From: an uncultured Pseudomonadales bacterium
GTDB taxonomy: Bacteria; Patescibacteriota; Microgenomatia; UBA1400; PJMF01
Assembly: GCA_964432115.1 (NCBI GenBank)
Contig: CAYSMC010000033.1
Coordinates: forward strand, 1,123 to 65,122
Length of the DNA: 64,000 nt
Direction of reading: 5' to 3'
In this document: positions 56,399-64,000 of the stretch, in pieces
Position numbering within the stretch: position 1 is the first letter of the stretch
Layout: every line of letters starts with the position of its first letter
Translations under genes and position numbers: made by a program
The notes under the pieces: generated by a model
Told to the model about the DNA's origin: nothing
The model's database searches: none
Seen by the model: only the letters and a program-made list of their open reading frames with translations

Positions 56399-57322
56399 GT
56401 GGGTAAACAATCTTTATTGCTTCAATCCGATCAAAATTTTAGTCCAAGTCCAGCGCCAATGACTTTTTCTTTAATTGTGGGTGGTGATTTAATGTTTGAT
56501 CGCCACATTCGCACTAAAGCTGAAGCTAAGGGTAATTATGATTTTATTTTTGAGCAACAGTTGAGTGATTTTTTGCATAGTGCCGACTATGTTTTAGCTA
56601 ATTTAGAGGGACCAATTACTCTGGAGAAATCAGTTAGTCAGGCTAGTTCACCAGGTGGTCCAGGCAATTATACCTTTACTTTTTCTCCAGATATTATTCC
56701 AGCTTTGCAAAATAATAATTTAACCCTGCTTAATCTTGGCAACAATCATATTTTAAATTTTGGGGTTGAAGGTTTAGATAGTACACGTCAATATTTAAAC
56801 GATGCTCAAATAAAATATTTTGGAGATGTAGGCGTTGATCAAAATGAACAGCGTTATTATTTTTTGGAACTGTTTGGACAAAAAATTGCTTTAATCAGTT
56901 ACAATCAATTCACCGAAAGCGCAAAAAATAAGACATTGGCCGATATTGCTCAAGCTAAAAAACAAGGAGCCAGCTTAATTTTACTGTTTAGTCATTGGGG
57001 TAATGAATATGTTTCAGAAGCTAATCAAGTTATTGTTAATTTGGCTCATGAATTTATTGATGCCGGAGTTGATTTAATTGTTGGCGGACATCCTCATGTT
57101 GTACAAAATCAAGAAACATATCGAGATAAGACCATTTATTATTCTTTGGGCAATTTTGTCTTTGATCAATATTTTTCCAAAGAAACCCAAGAGGGATTAT
57201 TACTAAAAATCAATTTTCTTTTTGATCCACACTTGACGACCTGGACTTATCAAGTTGAAGAAAAAAAAGTACAAATGGATCGAGATGGAATTACTAGATT
57301 ACAGACGGAATTAACTCAATAA
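56399..57322 (+). CDS. CapA/PgsA-family protein (poly-gamma-glutamate-synthesis-type metallophosphatase fold)
   Basis: CapA motifs ANLEGPIT, LGNNH, FSHWGNEY and GGHPHVVQ. A hydrophobic segment (FVLISIAFFSLIYLLIIAV) lies in frame just upstream of the GTG without any canonical start codon, so the start is uncertain. Confidence 0.7.
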   Translation: MGKQSLLLQSDQNFSPSPAPMTFSLIVGGDLMFDRHIRTKAEAKGNYDFIFEQQLSDFLHSADYVLANLEGPITLEKSVSQASSPGGPGNYTFTFSPDIIPALQNNNLTLLNLGNNHILNFGVEGLDSTRQYLNDAQIKYFGDVGVDQNEQRYYFLELFGQKIALISYNQFTESAKNKTLADIAQAKKQGASLILLFSHWGNEYVSEANQVIVNLAHEFIDAGVDLIVGGHPHVVQNQETYRDKTIYYSLGNFVFDQYFSKETQEGLLLKINFLFDPHLTTWTYQVEEKKVQMDRDGITRLQTELTQ

Positions 57323-57326
57323 ATTT

Positions 57327-58115
57327 ATGTCACAAGCAGCAACCATAATTAAAGCTTTAGCTTGGGAAGAACAAAGGAAAAATGATTTTCGGGCTGGGCG
57401 ATATTTAGCCGTCAGACAGTCTTACCAAGAACAACAAGATTTTTTAGCCGATCATAATCGACCAAGTTTTTGGGATAAACGGTTTATAGAACAGAAAAAG
57501 AATCAAGCACAAGCTTTTGCCTATGAGTCAGCAATGGAAAAATGGCGTATAGAAAAAGTTTTAAGTAAAATTAATTATCAGCAAAGCATGTTGAATTTAG
57601 GAGTAGGCTCTGGTCGTTTAGAGGCGCGGCTTTTGCCAAAAATTAAGCCAGATCAGTATTTAGGTACCGATATTACCAAACACACACTAGCACAACTACG
57701 CCGCGCCTTCCCTCAATTTCATTTTCGCAGCGCTCAATTAGATAAATTACCTTTAGCTGACCATAGTTTTGATCAGGTTTTATTTCTCGAAGTTTTAGAA
57801 CATATTCGACCCAATCGAACCCTTCAAGTTTTAGCGGAAATCAATAGGGTGTTGAAAAAAAATGGACAGTTGTTTATTTCGGTACCAGTCAATGAGGGTT
57901 TAGAAAAAATGTTGCCGCAAAACCCCAATGCTCATCAGCGACTTTACTCATTACCACTGTTACTTTTTGAACTTGCCCAAAGTGGTTTTTTTGTTAGAAA
58001 AGTTTATCAAGCCAGTGCTTTTTCGACACACTTTAAAATTAAACATTTAATTAATTGTTTATTCAAACTGCGCCAAACAAATAATTATTTATTAATCGCT
58101 GAGAAAAAAACTTAA
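57327..58115 (+). CDS. class I SAM-dependent methyltransferase
   Basis: Motif I LNLGVGSGRL, motif II DQVLFLEVLEHI, motif III NGQLFISVP. Confidence 0.7.
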   Translation: MSQAATIIKALAWEEQRKNDFRAGRYLAVRQSYQEQQDFLADHNRPSFWDKRFIEQKKNQAQAFAYESAMEKWRIEKVLSKINYQQSMLNLGVGSGRLEARLLPKIKPDQYLGTDITKHTLAQLRRAFPQFHFRSAQLDKLPLADHSFDQVLFLEVLEHIRPNRTLQVLAEINRVLKKNGQLFISVPVNEGLEKMLPQNPNAHQRLYSLPLLLFELAQSGFFVRKVYQASAFSTHFKIKHLINCLFKLRQTNNYLLIAEKKT

Positions 58116-58202
58116 GAAAACAATCAACACAGTAAGTATGAATTAACATAATTCTTATTATAATTGACTTTTCTCAATAAAAAGTATATTTTACAGCTAA
58201 AG

Positions 58203-60020
58203 ATGTCGCAAATACAAGAGGTTAAAGACGCGAATAATATTGTTGAGATTGTTGGCGAAAAAATTGATTTAAAGCCCTCAGGTGGTAGTTTTAAGGCTCG
58301 TTGCCCTTTTCACAGTGAAAAGACTCCTTCCTTTTTTGTTCACCCAGAAATGCAACGCTATCGTTGTTTTGGTTGTGGTGCTACGGGTGATGTTTTAGAT
58401 TTTTTACAAAATTATGATGGGATGACTTTTTATGAAGCCCTAAGGTACTTGGCCGATCGCGCCTCGATTACTTTAAAAGATTTTAGTCGGACCAATGAAG
58501 ATGAAGAGCGAGAACAATTATTGGGTATTTTAAATTTGGCCAAAGAATATTATCACTATTTGCTAACTAAGCACGAAGCCGGTCAAGAAGCTTTAGCTTA
58601 CTTAAAAAAACGAGGAACTAACAGTCAGTCAATTAAACTATTTTATTTGGGTTATTCTTTACAAAGTTGGGATGGTTTAATCAAGTATTTGCATCAAAAA
58701 AAGAAATACCCTTTAGAATTAATTGCCAAAACTGGCCTAATTATTCAGGGTAAAGGTGGTCGTTATTATGATCGTTTTCGAGGACGACTCATGTTTCCCT
58801 TAAAAAATCATCGAGGTCAAGTGGTGGGTTTTTCTGGACGACTGTTGGATGCTCAGGCAAAAGAAGCTAAATATATTAATAGTCCAGAGACCAGTTTATA
58901 TCATAAATCAAAATTACTCTATGGTTACAGTGAATTATTTAGGGAAATTAGGAAAACTGATAAAGTGGTGGTGGTAGAGGGTGAATTTGATGTTATTTCT
59001 TCTGCTCAAGCTCATGTCAATAATGTAGTAGCAATCAAAGGTAGTGCCTTAACCAGCGATCAAATAGAATTACTAGCTAGAGTGGCCCAGACGGTGATTT
59101 TGGCCTTTGACCAAGATGAAGCGGGGATAACAGCTTGTAAAAGAGCAATTACTTTAATCAAAGATAAGGATTTAGATTTACGGGTTATTGATTTTCAATT
59201 TTTAAACAATTTAGCAAAATCCAAAGATCTCAAAGATCCAGACGATTTTGCTCGACAAGAGCCAAAATTATGGCGGCAAGCTGTTGACGAAGCGATTTCT
59301 ATTTATAGTTTTTTACTCAACATCGCTTTGGCTAGTCATGATGCTGATAGTCCAGATGGAAAACGAAAAATTATTGACGATTTAGCTCCCGTTATCGATG
59401 GCATTAATCATCTAGTAGAGAAAGAATTTTATTTACAAAAATTAGCAGAAAAATTAAATGTTAAATTGGATTTAATTAAAGAGGATGTGGCTCGAGTTGC
59501 TCAACGAAAAAATGCAAAAACGGGCTTGGTTAAAAAGAAAAAAGTTGTTGACAACAATTCTAAGCAGAGTAAGAGTCACCAACAAATTATGGAAGAATAC
59601 TTATTGTTTTTACTTTTCCAGCTTGAAGAAAAAACATTTATTAAAGAAGTCAAAGAGATCTCATTATTAAATTGGCAAACTCCAGGTTTGAGTAATATTG
59701 TTGAATTGCTCGCTCAGCAACTAAAAAATTTTGACTTAGAAAAATTTAGCAAAAAACTGGCTGAGGATTTAAAAGAAAAGCTTATGGAATTGTTACTTAA
59801 TCCAGAATTTCAAAAAAATATTAAAAATGTTAAATTGGAAAAAGAGTGGCGGATCATTTTAGCTCAAGTTAAGAAAAATATAGTTCACGCTGAAATTGAG
59901 GAAATTAACCAAGAAATTAAAGAATTGGATAAGAAAAATAAAAAAACTAGTAGTGAAGAATTACGCTTAGATGAACTATTAGAGCAAATTGTTAAGAAAC
60001 AAAATCAATTAAAAAGTTGA
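58203..60020 (+). CDS. dnaG: DNA primase
   Basis: CHC2 zinc finger (CPFHSEKTPSFFV...YRCFGCG), RNA-polymerase domain and Toprim (VVVVEGEFDVIS...DQDEAG). Start chosen at the ATG preceded by an RBS rather than 58164. Confidence 0.85.
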   Translation: MSQIQEVKDANNIVEIVGEKIDLKPSGGSFKARCPFHSEKTPSFFVHPEMQRYRCFGCGATGDVLDFLQNYDGMTFYEALRYLADRASITLKDFSRTNEDEEREQLLGILNLAKEYYHYLLTKHEAGQEALAYLKKRGTNSQSIKLFYLGYSLQSWDGLIKYLHQKKKYPLELIAKTGLIIQGKGGRYYDRFRGRLMFPLKNHRGQVVGFSGRLLDAQAKEAKYINSPETSLYHKSKLLYGYSELFREIRKTDKVVVVEGEFDVISSAQAHVNNVVAIKGSALTSDQIELLARVAQTVILAFDQDEAGITACKRAITLIKDKDLDLRVIDFQFLNNLAKSKDLKDPDDFARQEPKLWRQAVDEAISIYSFLLNIALASHDADSPDGKRKIIDDLAPVIDGINHLVEKEFYLQKLAEKLNVKLDLIKEDVARVAQRKNAKTGLVKKKKVVDNNSKQSKSHQQIMEEYLLFLLFQLEEKTFIKEVKEISLLNWQTPGLSNIVELLAQQLKNFDLEKFSKKLAEDLKEKLMELLLNPEFQKNIKNVKLEKEWRIILAQVKKNIVHAEIEEINQEIKELDKKNKKTSSEELRLDELLEQIVKKQNQLKS

Positions 60021-60057
60021 AATACTCAAGTAATTTGCTTCTTGCCAAGATACCCCC

Positions 60058-60339
60058 ATGGGGTATAATAAAAATATGGATTTTGCAAAAAAGAAACTTA
60101 GTTTAACTAGTGAAGATAAAACAATTACCCAACTCAAACGCATTCGTGGTCAAGTTGACGGTTTGATTCGGATGTATCAAAACGAAAGATCTTGTGTCGA
60201 AATAGCGCACCAAATCACAGCAGCTCGCAATTCGCTGTCGCGAGTTGCTCGCGATGTCTTGACTAACGCCGCTAATCACTGTATTAAAGAAAAAGATCAA
60301 AGCCAATTAAATTCAATTTTAAAAGAATTATTAAAGTAA
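60058..60339 (+). CDS. CsoR/RcnR/FrmR-family (DUF156) metal- or thiol-sensing transcriptional repressor
   Basis: LKRIRGQVDGLIRMY...CVEIAHQITAARNSLSRVARDVLTNAANHCI follows the CsoR-family helix bundle with the conserved Cys (RSCVE) and His/Cys (NHC) sensing positions. Confidence 0.7.
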   Translation: MGYNKNMDFAKKKLSLTSEDKTITQLKRIRGQVDGLIRMYQNERSCVEIAHQITAARNSLSRVARDVLTNAANHCIKEKDQSQLNSILKELLK

Positions 60340-60360
60340 TAAATAGATAGAAAGGTGTCT

Positions 60361-60699
60361 ATGCCAGCACAACATTTAGATAGTAGTAATTTTCAAGCCA
60401 CGCTAGACAGCGCGTCAACACCAGTTTTAGTTGATTTTTTTGCAGAATGGTGTGGCCCGTGTCAGATGGCTGCGCCAATAATTGATAAATTGGCCGATGA
60501 TTACAAAGATAAAATGATTATTGCTAAACTTAATGTCGATGAAGCACAGGATGTGGCAATGCAATTTAACGTGATGAATATTCCTACTGTTATTGTTCTC
60601 AAGAAAGACGATGATGGTAAAATGGTGGAGTTTGATCGCAAAATTGGTTTCCCAGGAGAAAGTGGTTACCAAAAAATGATTGATGAAGCGCTTGCTTAG
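60361..60699 (+). CDS. trxA: thioredoxin
   Basis: WCGPCQ active site in a thioredoxin fold. ATG with RBS AAAGG upstream. Confidence 0.85.
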   Translation: MPAQHLDSSNFQATLDSASTPVLVDFFAEWCGPCQMAAPIIDKLADDYKDKMIIAKLNVDEAQDVAMQFNVMNIPTVIVLKKDDDGKMVEFDRKIGFPGESGYQKMIDEALA

Positions 60700-60740
60700 A
60701 TCGATCAATTTGTTTAAATTATTAGTTAATTGGAAAGAGT

Positions 60741-61817
60741 ATGCAAAATTTAACAGTGGCTATTATTGGTTCAGGACCAGCCGGTCTGACAGCAGGAATT
60801 TATTTGGGTCGAGCTTTATTAAAACCCACCTTGTTTAGTGGCTTGAATATTGGTGGTCAGTTAATGTTTACTCGCGATGTTGAAAATTTTCCTGGTTTTC
60901 CAGATGGAATGCGTGGTCCAGAATTTATGATGAATTTAAAAAAACAAGCAACTAAATTTGATACAGAAATTCATCATGAGCAAATCACGGCCGTGGATTT
61001 TAATCAAGAACCTTTTCGCTTGTGGACTTCTTTACCAAACAACATGGAGTTTAAGGATCTACAAGATTTATCAAAGCAAGAACTGTTAAAAGTCACTGAA
61101 TTAATTAAAAAAAATCAGGAAGCAGATTATAGTGCTCGTAGTGTATTGATTACTACTGGAGCTGAACACATTAAACTTGCTGTTCCTGGAGAAAAAGAAT
61201 TTTTGGGTAAGGGTGTGGGTTTTTGTGCGGTTTGTGATGGAGCTTTTTATCGAAATAAAAAAGTATTTGTAGTGGGTGGAGGTGATACTGCTTTGGGTGA
61301 TGCCTTAGTGTTGAGTAAATTCACCGACCAAGTATTTATTATTCATCGTCGAGATCAATTTCGTGCTAGTAAAATTTTGCAAAAGCAAGTTTTAGCTGAT
61401 GAAAAATTTAAAATTTTATGGAATACAGAAGTTAAAGAGATAATTGGTGATAAACAGCGAATTACTGCTTTAAAACTTGCGCGAGAAGGAAAAGAGGAAA
61501 AAGTTGTTGCTGATGGAATATTTGTTGCTATTGGTTATAATCCCAACAGCACTTTGTTTACAAATCAGCTAAAAATGGATGATCATGCTTATATTATGAC
61601 TAGGCAATTTGGTAGTGAAATAGCTGTCAAGGAATTAATTCAAGACCATGAAGAAAGTTCAGCTAATTATTTTCCAACAATGACTTCGGTGCCTGGGGTA
61701 TTTGCCGCGGGTGATATAACCGATAGTCGTTATCATCAGGCAATAGTTGCAGCGGGTTCTGGAGCAATGGCTGCTATCGACGTTGAACGCTGGTTGGAAA
61801 TGATCAATGACGGTTAA
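60741..61817 (+). CDS. trxB: thioredoxin-disulfide reductase (with a roughly 35-aa lineage-specific insert)
   Basis: FAD motif IIGSGPAGLTAGIY, redox-active CAVC, NADPH motif VVGGGDTALGDA, and C-terminal FAAGDITD. Confidence 0.85.
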   Translation: MQNLTVAIIGSGPAGLTAGIYLGRALLKPTLFSGLNIGGQLMFTRDVENFPGFPDGMRGPEFMMNLKKQATKFDTEIHHEQITAVDFNQEPFRLWTSLPNNMEFKDLQDLSKQELLKVTELIKKNQEADYSARSVLITTGAEHIKLAVPGEKEFLGKGVGFCAVCDGAFYRNKKVFVVGGGDTALGDALVLSKFTDQVFIIHRRDQFRASKILQKQVLADEKFKILWNTEVKEIIGDKQRITALKLAREGKEEKVVADGIFVAIGYNPNSTLFTNQLKMDDHAYIMTRQFGSEIAVKELIQDHEESSANYFPTMTSVPGVFAAGDITDSRYHQAIVAAGSGAMAAIDVERWLEMINDG

Positions 61818-61826
61818 AAAATATGC

Positions 61827-62702
61827 TTATTGTTGCTCGATAAATTTTTTAATTTCCTGCCACATGATTTCATCATCTCTAGCAACAGTCAGATTGGCCA
61901 GCAACCAACCCAAAGGATAACCGCCATCGAGATATTCTCCCTGAGGTTGGTGAATGACTACTTTTTCAGTCAGAGCAAGTTGGTTAACAGTATCGGTAAT
62001 ATACAGCTCTCCAGATTGAGGATTGGTTTGTTGCACATCGATTAAATCAAAAACTGATTGAGGTAGAATGTATTTACTGATGTTAGCGAGATTAGATGGA
62101 GCAGTACCCGGTTTAGGTTTTTCAATTAAAGCTTGTAAATAACGAAAGTTATTTTCTTGAGCTAGTTGTGTTACTCCATAGCGATGCAGTGATTCATCTG
62201 GTTTTTCAATGCAGGTGACCAAACCGCTAGCTCCAGATTTTTCATAGGTATCGATCATAGCTGCCACTTCGCTTCGACCATTGTGGTTATAAATAAAGTC
62301 ATCACCCATTAAAACCAAAAATGCTGCTTCATCTTTTAAATATTCTTTGGCTAATTGGACAGGAACAGCAGTGCCATAATCGTCGGCATCACTTTGCCTA
62401 ATAAAATGAAAATTAGCTTTTTGATGAATATTTTTGATTGAGTCATAAAGTTCTAATTTATTATTTTTTTTCAGATATTGATATAGTCTTTGATTTTCTC
62501 GATAATAATGCAGGACTTGGTAGTTATGTTCACTGATGACAAAAATAATATCGCTAATGCCAGCCTTGATACAGTCTTCTACCACGTAGTCGATAAGTGG
62601 TCGATCTAAAATAGGTAGCATCTCTTTTTGAATAGTTTTACTGATGGGTAAAAATCTGGTGCCAAAACCAGCTGAAGTAATGACTGCTTTATTAATTTTC
62701 AT
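61827..62702 (-). CDS. galU: UTP--glucose-1-phosphate uridylyltransferase
   Basis: KAVITSAGFGTRFLPISKTIQKEMLPI N-terminal motif and the rest of the nucleotidyltransferase fold. Confidence 0.85.
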   Translation of the reverse strand: MKINKAVITSAGFGTRFLPISKTIQKEMLPILDRPLIDYVVEDCIKAGISDIIFVISEHNYQVLHYYRENQRLYQYLKKNNKLELYDSIKNIHQKANFHFIRQSDADDYGTAVPVQLAKEYLKDEAAFLVLMGDDFIYNHNGRSEVAAMIDTYEKSGASGLVTCIEKPDESLHRYGVTQLAQENNFRYLQALIEKPKPGTAPSNLANISKYILPQSVFDLIDVQQTNPQSGELYITDTVNQLALTEKVVIHQPQGEYLDGGYPLGWLLANLTVARDDEIMWQEIKKFIEQQ

Positions 62703-62743
62703 ATTTTATCTTTTTAACACATTTTTGTATAATTGTTAAGTTT

Positions 62744-63358
62744 ATGCAGTTTATTTTAGCATCACAATCACCCCAACGGGCAAGGCTTTTAGCAACTTTA
62801 CCTTATCGATTTAAAATTTATCCAGCAAATATTGATGAATCAACAATTATTTTTAAAAATCATCAAGATAAAGCCAAAAAAATTGCTCTAGCTAAAGCTG
62901 AAGCAGTAATGCGAAATATTACAGGCGAGGCAATTATTGTAGCTGCTGATACCTTTTGTGTGTGTCGAGGTAAAATTTTAGAAAAACCAAAAACTAAAGC
63001 TGACGCAAGAAAGATGTTGGAATTCCAGAGTAGTCAAAAAATTCGGGCTATAACTGGTTATGCTTTTGTTTATCAAAATTCTCCAGAAAAAATTATTGAG
63101 AATGCCAGTGTTGCTACTAAAGCTTGTTTTCGTCAGTTGTCATCAATTGAGATCGAGAACTATATTAGTTATCAACCTGTTTTGACATGGTCAGCTGCTT
63201 TTAGTCCCGCTTACGATGCGGGAATGGCTTTGTTGGCTTGGTCAAAAGGTAATTTAACGGCTTTTACTCATGGTTTACCCATTAACTTGCTGGTTAGATT
63301 TATTAATCGACAGTTAAAATTAAGCGTAAATAACAAACATTACTCCCACAAACCATAA
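62744..63358 (+). CDS. maf: Maf-family nucleoside-triphosphate pyrophosphatase
   Basis: ILASQSPQRARLL N-terminal motif plus ADT..V...ILEKP. Confidence 0.8.
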   Translation: MQFILASQSPQRARLLATLPYRFKIYPANIDESTIIFKNHQDKAKKIALAKAEAVMRNITGEAIIVAADTFCVCRGKILEKPKTKADARKMLEFQSSQKIRAITGYAFVYQNSPEKIIENASVATKACFRQLSSIEIENYISYQPVLTWSAAFSPAYDAGMALLAWSKGNLTAFTHGLPINLLVRFINRQLKLSVNNKHYSHKP

Positions 63359-64000
63359 AAAAACAGTCAATAATAGTGTTTTGTCTTTTAATAGCACATC
63401 TACTGGGGCTTCGCCACGATTTTCTTCATAAACCAATTGTAAATAGCGCATAATTCCAAAAATTACAAAAGGTAGGGTTAGCATTAATAATTTTTGTGAT
63501 TGGAGAGTGCGCGGTAAATTAACTACTAGATTGGGAAAACGTTCATATAATAAATTTAAACCATCACCTGGAGAATTTTGAAAAGCAAAAAGTGCGTAAG
63601 TGAGCCAAGTAGAAGTAGCGAAAATACTGGTGTATTGATCTAAAAGACGAATGCTGTAAGTATCTAAACTTTTTCTCACAAAAGATAATTTATGTTCGGT
63701 CATCAGAGTTCTTTCACTTTGTCTTTTACCAACTGCCATGAATAAAGACATAGAAATGACCGTTAATAAAAACCACACGCTCATGTGGAGGTTGACGACC
63801 ACTGCTCCAGCATAGACTCGAATCAAAAATCCCCCGGCAATGGAAATGATGTCCAAAATTGCAATTTGCTTAAAATAAATTGAGTAAATAATTTGTAATA
63901 ATAAATAAGCAAAAATTAAAATTTTAAAAATAGACGGAAGAGGTAAACATAGCCAAAAAACCAGAGCCAAACAAAAAGCTATGGCAAAAATAGCCATGGG
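63320..64000 (-). CDS. UbiA-family prenyltransferase (decaprenyl-phosphate phosphoribosyltransferase-like), 5'-partial: N-terminus lies beyond the window end
   Basis: Polytopic membrane protein with UbiA-type motifs (ILDIISIAGGFLIRVYAGAVVV...). Only about 225 aa of an expected 290 or so lie in the window. Confidence 0.6.
   Translation of the reverse strand, partial: PMAIFAIAFCLALVFWLCLPLPSIFKILIFAYLLLQIIYSIYFKQIAILDIISIAGGFLIRVYAGAVVVNLHMSVWFLLTVISMSLFMAVGKRQSERTLMTEHKLSFVRKSLDTYSIRLLDQYTSIFATSTWLTYALFAFQNSPGDGLNLLYERFPNLVVNLPRTLQSQKLLMLTLPFVIFGIMRYLQLVYEENRGEAPVDVLLKDKTLLLTVFLWFVGVMFVIYA

Noticed and set aside
1-64000. Alternative genetic code with UGA read as Gly (code 25, as in Gracilibacteria/SR1), prompted by the in-frame TGA in the FtsX gene
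   Set aside because: Nearly all genes are long uninterrupted ORFs under the standard code. TGA functions as a terminator (for example 50388-50390). Only one gene would benefit from recoding.
1-64000. Mobile elements, CRISPR arrays and rRNA
   Set aside because: No transposase, integrase or recombinase ORFs, no regularly spaced repeats and no rRNA-like conserved stretches were seen on a full read-through.

Overview
This is a 64 kb chromosomal segment of a low-GC, compact genome (about 35-40% GC by eye) with genes tightly packed on both strands. It uses the standard code: TGA is a real stop (for example at 50388-50390), and the long uninterrupted ORFs rule out UGA=Gly recoding. The gene content and protein architecture (many lineage-specific insertions in housekeeping enzymes, a sortase, GH130 phosphorylases, a UbiA/DPPR-like prenyltransferase, few biosynthetic genes) fit an uncultured small-genome bacterium such as a Patescibacteria/CPR-like lineage. 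I cannot assign the taxon from sequence alone.

The window holds about 60 protein-coding genes. Housekeeping: pcm, queA, RecD-like helicase, pseudouridine synthase, typA, rarA, peroxiredoxin, dnaG, trxA, trxB, galU, maf, mscL, ddl-like ligase, HtrA, Hsp20. Envelope and transport: FtsX/MacB permease, P-type ATPase, MsbA-like ABC exporter, PlsC, LCP, patatin. Carbohydrate metabolism: GH13 amylase and two tandem GH130 phosphorylase genes. Surface biogenesis: a block with a PMT/ArnT-like GT-C enzyme, a sortase with its substrate, a lipoprotein, a GT4 enzyme and a 1096-aa polytopic membrane protein. There are three tRNAs: Arg with an unusual GCG anticodon, Ser-CGA and Ser-GGA. I found no rRNA, CRISPR array, transposase or integrase.

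Hunt highlights:
- Sortase, substrate and lipoprotein genes share an identical 18-nt motif (ATCCCATAATATTGACAA) that embeds consensus sigma70 promoters. The lipoprotein gene is a GC-rich insert preceded by a roughly 340-nt structured leader.
- A TraD/HerA-like P-loop ATPase with a novel N-terminal domain abuts, with no spacer, a GIY-YIG nuclease ORF that is frameshifted in a poly-A run.
- Homopolymer frameshifts recur: rarA at an A5 run, the GIY-YIG gene at an A7 run, and an A9 run at the ATPase/GIY-YIG junction.
- An in-frame TGA splits the FtsX-family permease immediately before an SH3b-like insert.
- An S41 peptidase carries an embedded J-like domain that lacks the HPD motif.
- A 1-Cys peroxiredoxin has a Cys-rich N-terminal tag.
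- A CIRCE-like inverted repeat lies upstream of hsp20-htrA.
- A CsoR-family repressor heads a trxA-trxB operon.
- A Ddl-like ATP-grasp, GNAT, CapA and SAM-methyltransferase gene cluster is present.
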